46,443 bases of DNA from Actinomycetes bacterium (GTDB lineage: Bacteria; Actinomycetota; Actinomycetes; S36-B12; CAIYMF01): positions 1 through 46,443 of the forward strand of contig JAJXTD010000001.1 in assembly GCA_021784035.1 (NCBI GenBank). The letters run 5' to 3'. Positions 29,632-38,050 of this stretch are shown here, piece after piece. Under the pieces are notes generated by a model. It was not told where the DNA came from. It did no database searches and saw only the letters and a program-made list of their open reading frames with translations. Numbering within the stretch: the first letter of the stretch is position 1; each line of letters begins with the position of its first letter. Both the position numbers and the translations under genes were made by a program.

Positions 29632-29979
29632 TCAGCCGCCCTGGAACGGCCGGACCTCGACGTCGCCGCGGCAGGCGACGGCGCCCTTCTCCGCCCACGC
29701 GAGCGCCGTCTCCTCGTCCGGGCACTCGAGGACCCAGAAGCCGCCGATGTGCTCCTTGCCCTCGAGGTAGGGGCCGTCGGTGCGCAGCAGGCCGGAGTCC
29801 GTGCGGCGGACGACCTTCGCCGTCGTCGAGGGCTCCAGCCCGCCGGCGAACACCCACACGCCCGCGGCCCTCATCTCGTCGTTGACACGGCCGGTGTCGG
29901 CGAACGCCTGCTCCATGTCCTCGGGCGTCGGGTACACCGGGCTGTCGTCGTTGTGCACGGAGAGCAGGTACTGGGTCAT
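29632..29979 (-). CDS. YciI/DGPF-domain protein
   Basis: RBS AAGGAG; TDGPYLEGKEHIGGFW and VEVRPF. Confidence 0.9.
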   Translation of the reverse strand: MTQYLLSVHNDDSPVYPTPEDMEQAFADTGRVNDEMRAAGVWVFAGGLEPSTTAKVVRRTDSGLLRTDGPYLEGKEHIGGFWVLECPDEETALAWAEKGAVACRGDVEVRPFQGG

Positions 29980-30033
29980 CTCTCGTCTCCTTCGGCTCGC
30001 AGGGACCGGACCCTCCGGTGCCTCCACCCTCTG

Positions 30034-30060
30034 TACGAGCGCGGTGGTCCGGACTCGACA
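30034..30060 (-). promoter_or_regulatory. Candidate ECF42-type promoter for the DGPF gene
   Basis: Minus strand TGTCGA-N17-CGTA upstream of the yciI-like gene. Confidence 0.45.
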
Positions 30061-30147
30061 TCGCGTTCCCGGGATTCTGCGCCGGATCCGTCGCGAGCTG
30101 GGGGCGGTTGCTGGGTTCGGCCGCGGAACGTGTCCCGAGGACGACGA

Positions 30148-30172
30148 AGGGCGGCCCTCGAAGGACCGCCCT
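30148..30172 (-). terminator. Terminator hairpin following the displaced tRNA 3' end
   Basis: Minus strand AGGGCGGTCC-TTCGA-GGGCCGCCCT then TCGT, about 10 nt after the att copy. Confidence 0.6.
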
Positions 30173-30181
30173 GTGCCGACG

Positions 30182-30202
30182 TGGTGCGCGAGGGTGGAGT
30201 TG
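30182..30202 (-). repeat. att-like direct repeat: copy of the tRNA-Leu 3' end including CCA
   Basis: GTGCGCGAGGGTGGAGTTG (30184-30202) versus GTGCGCGAGGGGGGAGTTG (32340-32358), 18/19 identical. Minus strand reads CAACTCCACCCTCGCGCACCA. Confidence 0.85.
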
Positions 30203-30369
30203 CGCCCTCCGACCTGGGGAGTTGGAAGCCCGGCAGCCTCAGCGCACCGTCGGCACGGATGATCTGGATGAACTCGTCCCATCCAGGCGGCTCGATCGCC
30301 GCGTCCGAGCTTCACCGCTTGACCGAGGACGAGTTCGAGTGGGTCCAGGCCTGCGTCGGGCGGCGCTGG

Positions 30370-30930
30370 TCAGCACAGGGGTGCAAGTCCGTCGTCGAAG
30401 TCCCGCATGCGGGTGTAGATGGACTTCCAGCGTTCCGGGGCCGTCTGCTTGAGGACCTGCGGCGTGTTCCACAGGGTCAGCGTCCCGGCCGCTCCCGCCG
30501 TCGCCAGCCACTCCTTCTCACGCAGGGCGCGCTTGCGGCCGTCACCCTCGTCGATGAGGACGAACACGTCCGTCCCCTGTTGCGACAGCACCGAAGCGTG
30601 GGCGATGACCATCAACTCGCCCAGGTCCTTGCTGGAGCGGACCCGGTCGGTCGCCTGCTGCCCGGACACCCGCACGACCGCCGCCACGAACTCGTCGGTC
30701 AGCGTGTCGTCGAGGATGCCGACGCGGCCCGCAGCGACGAGTTTACGCCAAGTGGACAGCGCCCCGGTGCGGGCGAAGCGTCCCGTAGCGGCCTTGCGGT
30801 CGACCTCCTCCCGGACCTTCTCCGGCGCAGCCAACGACAGGTCGTGCGCCTCCGCCAGGCCCAGGAGCAGGCCCTGCTCCGACACCGCGACGAAGTTCAG
30901 GATCGGGCCGGCGTCCAGGAGGATGCTCAC
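30370..30930 (-). CDS. PIN-like domain protein (putative RNase toxin/effector)
   Basis: From GTG 30930, 186 aa: ILLDAG, VREEV, DLGE and VLIDE match the PIN acidic-residue layout. Confidence 0.72.
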   Translation of the reverse strand: MSILLDAGPILNFVAVSEQGLLLGLAEAHDLSLAAPEKVREEVDRKAATGRFARTGALSTWRKLVAAGRVGILDDTLTDEFVAAVVRVSGQQATDRVRSSKDLGELMVIAHASVLSQQGTDVFVLIDEGDGRKRALREKEWLATAGAAGTLTLWNTPQVLKQTAPERWKSIYTRMRDFDDGLAPLC

Positions 30931-31724
30931 AACGCGGGCGGCGGGAACAGCGGCGCGTCGATGTCCCACACGTCGTCGCTGTCGACGTCGTCCTCGGATG
31001 CGGCGGGCACGCCGAGCTCGGGCGCGAGCTCGTCGGGCTCCTGCCGGTACCAGAGGGCCAGTTCGGTGAGGCCGATCACGCCTCGGTGGTACCCCGCGAC
31101 AGCGCGGGCCATCAGCTGCTGCGGTGCGCGCGGCTGCGTCGAGTCGGCGACCAGCGACCGGTACTGGCTCAGCCAGCCGTGCTCGGCGGCGAGCATGGGC
31201 GCCGTCAGCCGGCTCCACTCCTGGCAGGTGTCGGGGTCGATGAGCCCCGTCTCCTTGAGCTGGATCGCGGCGACGTGCGGGGACACCTCGAACTCCTGAA
31301 CCAGCGCCGACAGCGCGGCGACCGTCGCCTGCCCGGGCGCGACCCGGGCGCCGACCGCGTCGAGGGGAATCAGGAGGTGGCGGGCGAACGTGTCGGCCTG
31401 CTTCTCCGCCGGCGTACGTTCCCCCGGGGCGCCGCCCGCGGGCCGGTCCAGGTCGCCGGCCAGCACGTGGCCGAGCTCGTGCGCGATCGAGGTCCGCTGC
31501 CGCAGCGGGTTGCCGGTGGTGGCAACCGCGATCACCGTCCGGCCGGTAGCCGGGTCCCGCATCGACAGGCCGTGCTCCTCGTCGCCGGCGTCCATGCTCA
31601 GTACGTCGATGCCGGTCGTGGAGTGCACCAGCTCGAAGACGTCCTTGACGGCGGCGAGGCCGAGATCGTGCTCCTTGCGGAACTCCTCGGCCCGCCGTCG
31701 CCCTGCGGCCTCGTTGGGGCTCAC
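30927..31724 (-). CDS. ImmA/IrrE family Zn metallopeptidase
   Basis: RTSIAHELGH (HExxH), EKQADTFARHLLIP and an acidic C-terminal tail. Confidence 0.92.
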   Translation of the reverse strand: MSPNEAAGRRRAEEFRKEHDLGLAAVKDVFELVHSTTGIDVLSMDAGDEEHGLSMRDPATGRTVIAVATTGNPLRQRTSIAHELGHVLAGDLDRPAGGAPGERTPAEKQADTFARHLLIPLDAVGARVAPGQATVAALSALVQEFEVSPHVAAIQLKETGLIDPDTCQEWSRLTAPMLAAEHGWLSQYRSLVADSTQPRAPQQLMARAVAGYHRGVIGLTELALWYRQEPDELAPELGVPAASEDDVDSDDVWDIDAPLFPPPAL

Positions 31725-32065
31725 CGCGCCGGGACGCCCTGCTGGGTGAGGTAATCGTCCAACTCGAGGTAGGCGTAGAGCCGCTCCCGCATCGCGGTCA
31801 TCTCGGCGGTGCCACCGTCGGTCCGGGCGGCGAACCGGGCCCGCTCGCGCAGGGCGAGCACCCCGGTGATGGCTGAGGCGCGCACGCCGAACAGGTCGGC
31901 CAGGAGCACCAGCTCGTCGCCCTTGAGGGGGCGGGAGCCGTCCTCGATCCGGGAATAGGTCGGCTGGGAGACGCCCAGCGCACGCGCCGCGGCCTCCTGC
32001 GAGATGTCGAGCTGCTCGCGCACCTCGCGGATGCGGCGGGGCAGCTGGGTCACCAGATCCGTCAT
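31721..32065 (-). CDS. XRE-family HTH regulator
   Basis: RIREVREQLDISQEAAARALGVSQPTYSRIEDG; RBS GGGAGG. Confidence 0.92.
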   Translation of the reverse strand: MTDLVTQLPRRIREVREQLDISQEAAARALGVSQPTYSRIEDGSRPLKGDELVLLADLFGVRASAITGVLALRERARFAARTDGGTAEMTAMRERLYAYLELDDYLTQQGVPAR

Positions 32066-32093
32066 CTGAATAAACCTCCCTTCTTCATTCAGA
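32065..32093. promoter_or_regulatory. Inverted repeat over the RBS/start of the HTH gene, candidate autoregulatory operator
   Basis: TCTGAAT-N15-ATTCAGA, adjacent to a CACACT -10-like element on the minus strand. Confidence 0.55.
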
Positions 32094-32340
32094 GTGTGCC
32101 CGATGGGGTCCGACAGCGCAACCAGGGCCCGGCCGCGCGTGGTGCCAGCCGCGCGGCAACAGCGAGGGCGGCCGGGGGTCAGGCGGCGCGGGCGGAGGCG
32201 GGGTGGCCGGAGTCGGCGTCCCGGTCCTGCGGGCTCCCCAGATCGTCAGGAGGAGGGCGACGGCCAGCGCGCCCGTCAGGACCATGGACCCGAGCAGGCA
32301 CCAGCCCAGCCACCGGCCTGGGGGAATCCCCAACTTGAAG

Positions 32341-32424
32341 TGCGCGAGGGGGGAGTTGAACCCCCACACCCTTTCGGGTACACGGACCTGAACCGTGCGC
32401 GTCTGCCTATTCCGCCACTCGCGC
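32341..32424 (-). tRNA. tRNA-Leu(CAG), CCA not encoded
   Basis: GCGCGAG/CTCGCGC acceptor stem, CACGG-TTCAGGT-CCGTG anticodon arm, long variable arm and GGGGG-TTCAACT-CCCCC T arm. Confidence 0.97.
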
Positions 32425-32597
32425 GCGCCGGAGAAGGCTAACACGCAGGTGGAGGCCGTTCCGAACCGCCCGCGGCCGGTCCGGGGGACGCCACCGCCGC
32501 TGCGGCGCAGGTCAGAGCGCCTCACCCGGTTACGATCGAGGTCGACGACGTGCGCTCCCGCGGGGGCGTGCCGTCCTGAGGTGACACGGGAGGCGCG

Positions 32598-33299
32598 GTG
32601 GGTCTGCTCGACCGCTTCGAGCAGCGGCTCGACCGGATGGTCAACGGTGCCTTCGCGCGCGCGTTCAAGGCCGAGGTGCAGCCGGTGGAGATCGCCGCCG
32701 CGCTCCAGCGCGAGATGGACGACCGGGCCGCCGTCGTGAGCCGCGGTCGCACCGTCGTGCCGAACGTCTTCGTCGTCGACCTGAGCCCGCACGACCACGA
32801 CCGTCTCGCGGTCTACGCCGGCACGCTGACCGACGAGCTCGCCGGCATGGTCCGCGAGCACGCCGAGGAGCAGCGCTACACGTTCCTCGGCGGGACCTCG
32901 GTCGAGCTCGCCCGCGACGACGACCTCGAGACCGGCCTGTTCCGGGTGCACAGCGAGGCCAAGGCCGAGGTCGCGTCGACCCCGCACGGGGTGCGCGCGC
33001 CCTCGTCCCCGCCGGCCGGCGCCGGGCACCCGCGGCTGCTCGCCGACGACGACATCGCCCATCCGCTCACCCGCGCCGTGACGCGCCTCGGCCGCGGCAC
33101 CGACGTCGACATCCGGGTCGACGACCCCGGCGTCTCGCGTCACCACGCCGAGATCCTGCTCGGCCGGGAGGTCGTGCTGCGCGACCTGGGGTCGACGAAC
33201 GGGACCTACGTCGACGGTGTGCAGGTCGGCGAGACGGTCCTGCACGACGGGGCGGTCGTCCAGCTCGGGGCAACGCGGCTGACGTTCCGGGCGGGGTGA
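32598..33299 (+). CDS. fhaA: FhaA (DUF3662 plus FHA domain)
   Basis: MGLLDRFEQRL...VQPVEI; FHA motifs LGRG, SRHHA and DLGSTNGT; syntenic. Confidence 0.93.
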   Translation: MGLLDRFEQRLDRMVNGAFARAFKAEVQPVEIAAALQREMDDRAAVVSRGRTVVPNVFVVDLSPHDHDRLAVYAGTLTDELAGMVREHAEEQRYTFLGGTSVELARDDDLETGLFRVHSEAKAEVASTPHGVRAPSSPPAGAGHPRLLADDDIAHPLTRAVTRLGRGTDVDIRVDDPGVSRHHAEILLGREVVLRDLGSTNGTYVDGVQVGETVLHDGAVVQLGATRLTFRAG

Positions 33300-33306
33300 G
33301 CGGGCG

Positions 33307-33789
33307 GTGTCCGAGCTCGTCCTGACGCTGCTCCGCCTCGGGTTCCTCGTCCTCATCTGGCTGCTCGTCGTCGTCACGATCCTGGTCCTGCGCCGCGACC
33401 TGCGCGCCCCGCGCGACGCGCGCCCGCTGGTCGCCACGGCCGGGCCGACCAGCAAGCCGGCCAAGGCGCGGCCGGAGCGGGCGCCGAAGGTGAAGACCGG
33501 CCCGCGGTCCCTCGTCGTCGTCGAAGGACCGCTCACCGGGACGGTGATCCCGCTCGGCACCGGCGACGTCACGATCGGCCGCGCCGCCGACTCCACCCTC
33601 GTGCTCGACGACGACTACGCCAGCAACGCCCACTCCCGCCTGACCCTCACGAACGGCACGTGGGTGGTCACCGACCTCGGGTCGACGAACGGCACGTGGG
33701 TCGACCGCAGCCGGATCACCGGGCCGACGCCGTTGACGCTCGGCCACCAGCTCAAGGTCGGGCGTACCGTGCTCGAGCTGCGGCGGTAG
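33307..33789 (+). CDS. fhaB: FhaB/FipA membrane-anchored FHA protein
   Basis: N-terminal TM; IGRA, DDYAS and DLGSTNGT. Confidence 0.93.
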   Translation: MSELVLTLLRLGFLVLIWLLVVVTILVLRRDLRAPRDARPLVATAGPTSKPAKARPERAPKVKTGPRSLVVVEGPLTGTVIPLGTGDVTIGRAADSTLVLDDDYASNAHSRLTLTNGTWVVTDLGSTNGTWVDRSRITGPTPLTLGHQLKVGRTVLELRR

Positions 33790-33791
33790 CC

Positions 33792-35144
33792 GTGGCGCTC
33801 ATGCTGCGCTCCGCGGCACGCTCCGACGTCGGACTGGTGCGTCCCGGCAACGAGGACTCCGGCTACGCCGGCGACCAGCTGCTCGTCGTCGCCGACGGAA
33901 TGGGCGGGCACGCCGCGGGCGAGCTCGCCTCGTCCGCGGCGATCGCGACCATGTCGGAGATGGAGACGGCGGGGCTCGACGACGCCGCCGCCCTCGAGCG
34001 CCTGTCCGAGGCGGTCGTCACGACGAGCGAGCGCATCGCCGACGTCGTCGCGGCGCACCCGGAGTTCGCGGGCATGGGCACGACCCTCACCGCGCTCGCC
34101 TGGCTGGGCGGCGACCCGGCGCGGGTGGCCGTGCTGCACGTCGGGGACTCCCGCGCCTACCTGCTGCGCGACGACGTCTTCACGCAGGTGACGCGCGACC
34201 ACACGTACGTCCAGTCCCTCATCGACTCCGGGCGCATCACCGCCGACGAGGCGCTCGTGCACCCGCGGCGCAACCTGCTCATGCGCGCGATCGACGGCGT
34301 CCACCCCGCGGAGCCGGACGTCTCGGTGCGCGAGGCGCGGGCGGGCGACCGGTTCCTCGTCTGCAGCGACGGCCTGTGCGGCTACGTCCCCGACGAGCGC
34401 ATCCACGAGCTGCTCGCGATCGCCGACCCGACCGCCGTCGTCACGGCGCTGGTCGAGGCCGCGCTCGAGGTCGGTGCGCCGGACAACGTCACGTGCGTGG
34501 TGGCCGACGTCGTCGAGGTCGACGGGGCGCGCGACGGCGAGGCACCCGTGGTCGTCGGTGCGGCCGGCGAGCCGCGCAACCGCGAGCGCCTGCCCGGCTT
34601 CGCGTTCCCCGCCGACGCGCAGCTGGACCCGCGCTCCCACCCGCTGGTGCGGGTGTCGACCAGCTCGGGCGACGGCACCGGCGGCGTGGGGTCGCTGGCC
34701 GGGGTCTACGCCGAGGAGCAGGGGCCCCCGCGACGCCGGCTGCCGGTGCGGTGGGTCGCCCTCGCGGGGGCGATCGTCCTGGCCGCGATGGGGGCGATCG
34801 GCCTCACCTACGCCTGGGCGCAGCAGCAGTACTTCGTCGGCAACCAGGGCGGCTACGTCGCGATCTTCCGCGGCCTGCCCGGCGACGTCGGGCCGATCAG
34901 CATGCACTCGGTCGAGCAGGTCAGCACCATCACGGTCGACTCGCTGCCCGACTTCGAGGCCGCGCAGGTCGAGGCGACGATCGCCGTGGAGTCCCTCGCC
35001 GCCGCGCAGCAGGTGGTGCAGCGGCTGTCCGAGCGCGCGGCGCAGTGCGCGGCCGTGCCCACCACCCCCGGCTGCCCAGCCCAGGCCACCCCGGTCCCGA
35101 CCCCGACCGCGAGCACCTCCCCGTCCCCCTCGGGCTCGGGATGA
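33792..35144 (+). CDS. pstP: PP2C Ser/Thr phosphatase PstP
   Basis: NEDS, VADGMGGHAAGE, HVGDSRAY, CSDGL and DNVT, then a TM helix and external domain. Confidence 0.94.
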   Translation: MALMLRSAARSDVGLVRPGNEDSGYAGDQLLVVADGMGGHAAGELASSAAIATMSEMETAGLDDAAALERLSEAVVTTSERIADVVAAHPEFAGMGTTLTALAWLGGDPARVAVLHVGDSRAYLLRDDVFTQVTRDHTYVQSLIDSGRITADEALVHPRRNLLMRAIDGVHPAEPDVSVREARAGDRFLVCSDGLCGYVPDERIHELLAIADPTAVVTALVEAALEVGAPDNVTCVVADVVEVDGARDGEAPVVVGAAGEPRNRERLPGFAFPADAQLDPRSHPLVRVSTSSGDGTGGVGSLAGVYAEEQGPPRRRLPVRWVALAGAIVLAAMGAIGLTYAWAQQQYFVGNQGGYVAIFRGLPGDVGPISMHSVEQVSTITVDSLPDFEAAQVEATIAVESLAAAQQVVQRLSERAAQCAAVPTTPGCPAQATPVPTPTASTSPSPSGSG

Positions 35145-36547
35145 GCACCCTCACGAGGGCCTCGGCCGTACCGCGCTACCGCCAGCCGACGCGACGCGGC
35201 GCGGAGGCCGGGCTGTTCCTGCTCGCCTTCGCCGTCGGCGCCACGGCGTACGTCCAGGTCGACCTCGCCATGCTCGGGAAGGTCGCCGACGACACGGTCC
35301 GCGTGCTCAGCGCCGTCGCGGCGCTGCTGCTCGTCGTGCACCTCGCCGTCCGCCTCCGCGCGACGTACGCCGACCCGATCGTCGTCCCCACGATCGCGAC
35401 GCTGAACATCCTCGGCCTGGCGATGATCCACCGCCTCGACCTCGCCGAGGTGCAGCGCGCGGCGCGCAACGGCGGTGTCGCGCCCCCGCCCGACGTCTAC
35501 AGCCAGCTCACCTGGACGGCGCTCGGCGTCGTGCTGTTCGTCGCCGTGCTGCTCGTCGTCCGCGACCACCGCACCCTGCAGCGCTACACCTACACCGCGA
35601 TGCTCGCCGGTCTCGTGCTGCTGCTGCTCCCGCTCGCGCCGTTCGTCGGCGCGACGGTGAACGGCGCGACGCTCTGGGTGCGCCTCGCCGGGCTGTCCTT
35701 CCAGCCGGGCGAGCTCGCCAAGATCCTGCTCACCATCTTCTTCGCCGGCTACCTCACGGTGACGCGCGACTCGCTCGCCCTCGTGCGCACCAAGGTGATG
35801 GGCATCGAGCTCCCCCGTGGCCGGGATCTCGGTCCGTTGTTCGTGGCGTGGTTCGTGTCGCTCGCCGTGCTCGTCTTCGAGCGCGACCTCGGCACGTCGC
35901 TGCTGTTCTTCGGCCTGTTCGTCTCGCTGCTCTACATCGCGACCCAGCGGCGCAGCTGGCTGGTCCTCGGCGCCGTCCTGTTCATCACCGGCGCGGTGTT
36001 CGCGTACCTCGCGTTCGGGCACGTGCGGCTGCGCGTCGACGTGTGGCTGCACCCGTTCGCCGACGAGGCCGACACGAGCTACCAGATCGCGCAGTCGCTG
36101 TACGGCTTCGCGAGCGGCGGCATGTTCGGCTCGGGCCTCGGCCAGGGCTACCCGCAGCTCGTGCCGTACGCGAAGAGCGACTTCATCCTCGCGGCGTTCG
36201 GCGAGGAGCTCGGGCTGATCGGGCTGATGGCGATGCTCGTCCTCTACGGCATCGTGGTCGAGCGCGGCCTGCGCGCGGCGATCGCCTGCCGCGACGTGTT
36301 CGGCACGCTGCTCGCCGCCGGTCTGTCGATCTCCCTGGCGCTGCAGGTGTTCGTCGTGGTCGGTGGGGTCAGCCGCCTGATCCCGCTCACCGGGCTCACG
36401 ACGCCGTTCCTGGCGGCGGGCGGCTCGTCGCTGGTCGCCAACTGGCTCGCGATCGGCCTGCTCATACGGATCAGCGACAGCGCGCGCCGACCCGACGCCG
36501 AGAGCGTCAGCCTCGAGGACGCGCCGACCCAGGTGGTGCCGCTGTGA
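35141..36547 (+). CDS. rodA: SEDS family peptidoglycan polymerase RodA
   Basis: FQPGELAK, RDLG, SDFI, GEELG and IPLTGLTTPFLAAGGSS. Confidence 0.94.
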   Translation: MSTLTRASAVPRYRQPTRRGAEAGLFLLAFAVGATAYVQVDLAMLGKVADDTVRVLSAVAALLLVVHLAVRLRATYADPIVVPTIATLNILGLAMIHRLDLAEVQRAARNGGVAPPPDVYSQLTWTALGVVLFVAVLLVVRDHRTLQRYTYTAMLAGLVLLLLPLAPFVGATVNGATLWVRLAGLSFQPGELAKILLTIFFAGYLTVTRDSLALVRTKVMGIELPRGRDLGPLFVAWFVSLAVLVFERDLGTSLLFFGLFVSLLYIATQRRSWLVLGAVLFITGAVFAYLAFGHVRLRVDVWLHPFADEADTSYQIAQSLYGFASGGMFGSGLGQGYPQLVPYAKSDFILAAFGEELGLIGLMAMLVLYGIVVERGLRAAIACRDVFGTLLAAGLSISLALQVFVVVGGVSRLIPLTGLTTPFLAAGGSSLVANWLAIGLLIRISDSARRPDAESVSLEDAPTQVVPL

Positions 36548-38001
36548 TCCGCTCGGTACGCCGTATCTCCATCGTGCTCGCCGTGATGCTCGTCGCGGTG
36601 CTCGCGAACCTGACCTACCTGCAGTACTTCGCCGCCGCCGGCATGCGGGGGCAGGCCGGCAACAGCCGCGTGCTGCTCGAGGAGTACTCCCGCCAGCGCG
36701 GCCCGATCCTGCTCGGTTCCACGGCGATCGCGTCGTCCATCCCGACCGACGACCAGCTCAAGTACCTGCGGCAGTATGCCCGCGGCCCGCTCTACGCCCC
36801 CGCGACGGGCTTCTACTCCGTCGTCTACGGCGCCACCGGGATCGAGCGCACGGAGAACACCGTGCTCTCCGGCTCCGACGACCGCTTCTTCGTCGACCGC
36901 GTGCAGCAGCTGTTCGCCGGCCGGGGCGTGCAGGGCGGCGCGGTGCGCCTCACGCTCGACCCGGCGGCCCAGAAGGCGGCGTACGACGGCCTCGCGGGCC
37001 GCACCGGCGCGGTGGCCGCCATCGACCCGAGGACGGGGGCGATCCTGGCCCTCGTCTCCTCCCCGTCGTTCGACCCGAACCTGCTCTCGAGCCACGACCC
37101 GGCGACGATCCGCACCACGTTCGACAAGTACAACGCCGACCCCGACAGGCCGATGCTCAACCGCCCGCTCGCGATGACGCTGCCGCCCGGCTCGACGTTC
37201 AAGCTCGTGACCGCCGCGGCCGCCCTGGAGACCGGCCGCTACACCCCGACCACGGTCGTGCCCGGCCCGGCCAAGCTCAAGCTGCCGAACACGACCAAGG
37301 AGCTCAACAACTGGTCCGGCGCCGCCTGCGGGCCGGGCGGGAAGACGACGTTCGAGAACGCCCTGGCCATCTCGTGCAACACCGCGTTCGCCTCGATCGG
37401 GCTCGACGTCGGCGCCGACGCGCTGCGCGCGCAGGCGGAGAAGTTCGGCTTCAACAACTCCTTCGAGGTCCCGCTGCGGGCGGCGACGAGCCGGTTCCCG
37501 CTGGGCCCCGACCTGCCGCAGACCGCGATGAGCGCCATCGGCCAGTTCGACGTCACGGCCACCGCGCTGCAGATGGCGATGGTCGGGGCGGGCATCGCGA
37601 ACAACGGCCAGGTCATGTCGCCCTACCTCGTGGCACAGACGCTCTCGCCCGAGCTCGCCGTCCTGCAGAACGCCGAGCCGACCGCGTTCTCGCAGGCCAT
37701 GTCGCCCGCGAACGCCGCCACCCTGCTCGGCATGATGGTCACGGTCGTGGAGCAGGGGACCGGCTCGAACGCGCGCATCCCCGGAGTCACGGTCGGCGGG
37801 AAGACCGGCACGGCGCAGACCGCGCCCGGGCAGCCGCCGCACGCGTGGTTCGTCGGCGTCGCGCCGGCCGACCAGGCCGGCGGGGCCCAGGTGGCGGTCG
37901 CCGTCGTCCTGCAGAACGGCGGCGGAGCGGCCGAGATCAGCGGCAACGGGCTCGCGGCGCCGATCGCCAAGGCCGTGATGGAAGCGGTGCTGCGGCGATG
38001 A
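36544..38001 (+). CDS. pbpA: Class B penicillin-binding protein PbpA
   Basis: STFK, SCN and KTG motifs; follows rodA. Confidence 0.94.
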   Translation: MIRSVRRISIVLAVMLVAVLANLTYLQYFAAAGMRGQAGNSRVLLEEYSRQRGPILLGSTAIASSIPTDDQLKYLRQYARGPLYAPATGFYSVVYGATGIERTENTVLSGSDDRFFVDRVQQLFAGRGVQGGAVRLTLDPAAQKAAYDGLAGRTGAVAAIDPRTGAILALVSSPSFDPNLLSSHDPATIRTTFDKYNADPDRPMLNRPLAMTLPPGSTFKLVTAAAALETGRYTPTTVVPGPAKLKLPNTTKELNNWSGAACGPGGKTTFENALAISCNTAFASIGLDVGADALRAQAEKFGFNNSFEVPLRAATSRFPLGPDLPQTAMSAIGQFDVTATALQMAMVGAGIANNGQVMSPYLVAQTLSPELAVLQNAEPTAFSQAMSPANAATLLGMMVTVVEQGTGSNARIPGVTVGGKTGTAQTAPGQPPHAWFVGVAPADQAGGAQVAVAVVLQNGGGAAEISGNGLAAPIAKAVMEAVLRR

Positions 38002-38050
38002 TGGCGCAGCACACGGCGTCGGGCCTGGTCCCGACGGCAGAGGAGGAACG

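Larger units (their letters stand above)
30182..32358. mobile_element. Integrase-less genomic islet at tRNA-Leu(CAG)
   Basis: Bounded by tRNA 3'-end direct repeats; contains the HTH-peptidase-PIN triad and gene-like fragments. Confidence 0.78.

Noticed and set aside
30182-32358. Prophage or ICE
   Set aside because: No integrase, replication, conjugation or structural genes; only a 2.2-kb islet.
34474-38001. 1175-aa giant PBP ORF
   Set aside because: Stop-free alternative frame over pstP and rodA; the real PbpA begins at GTG 36544.
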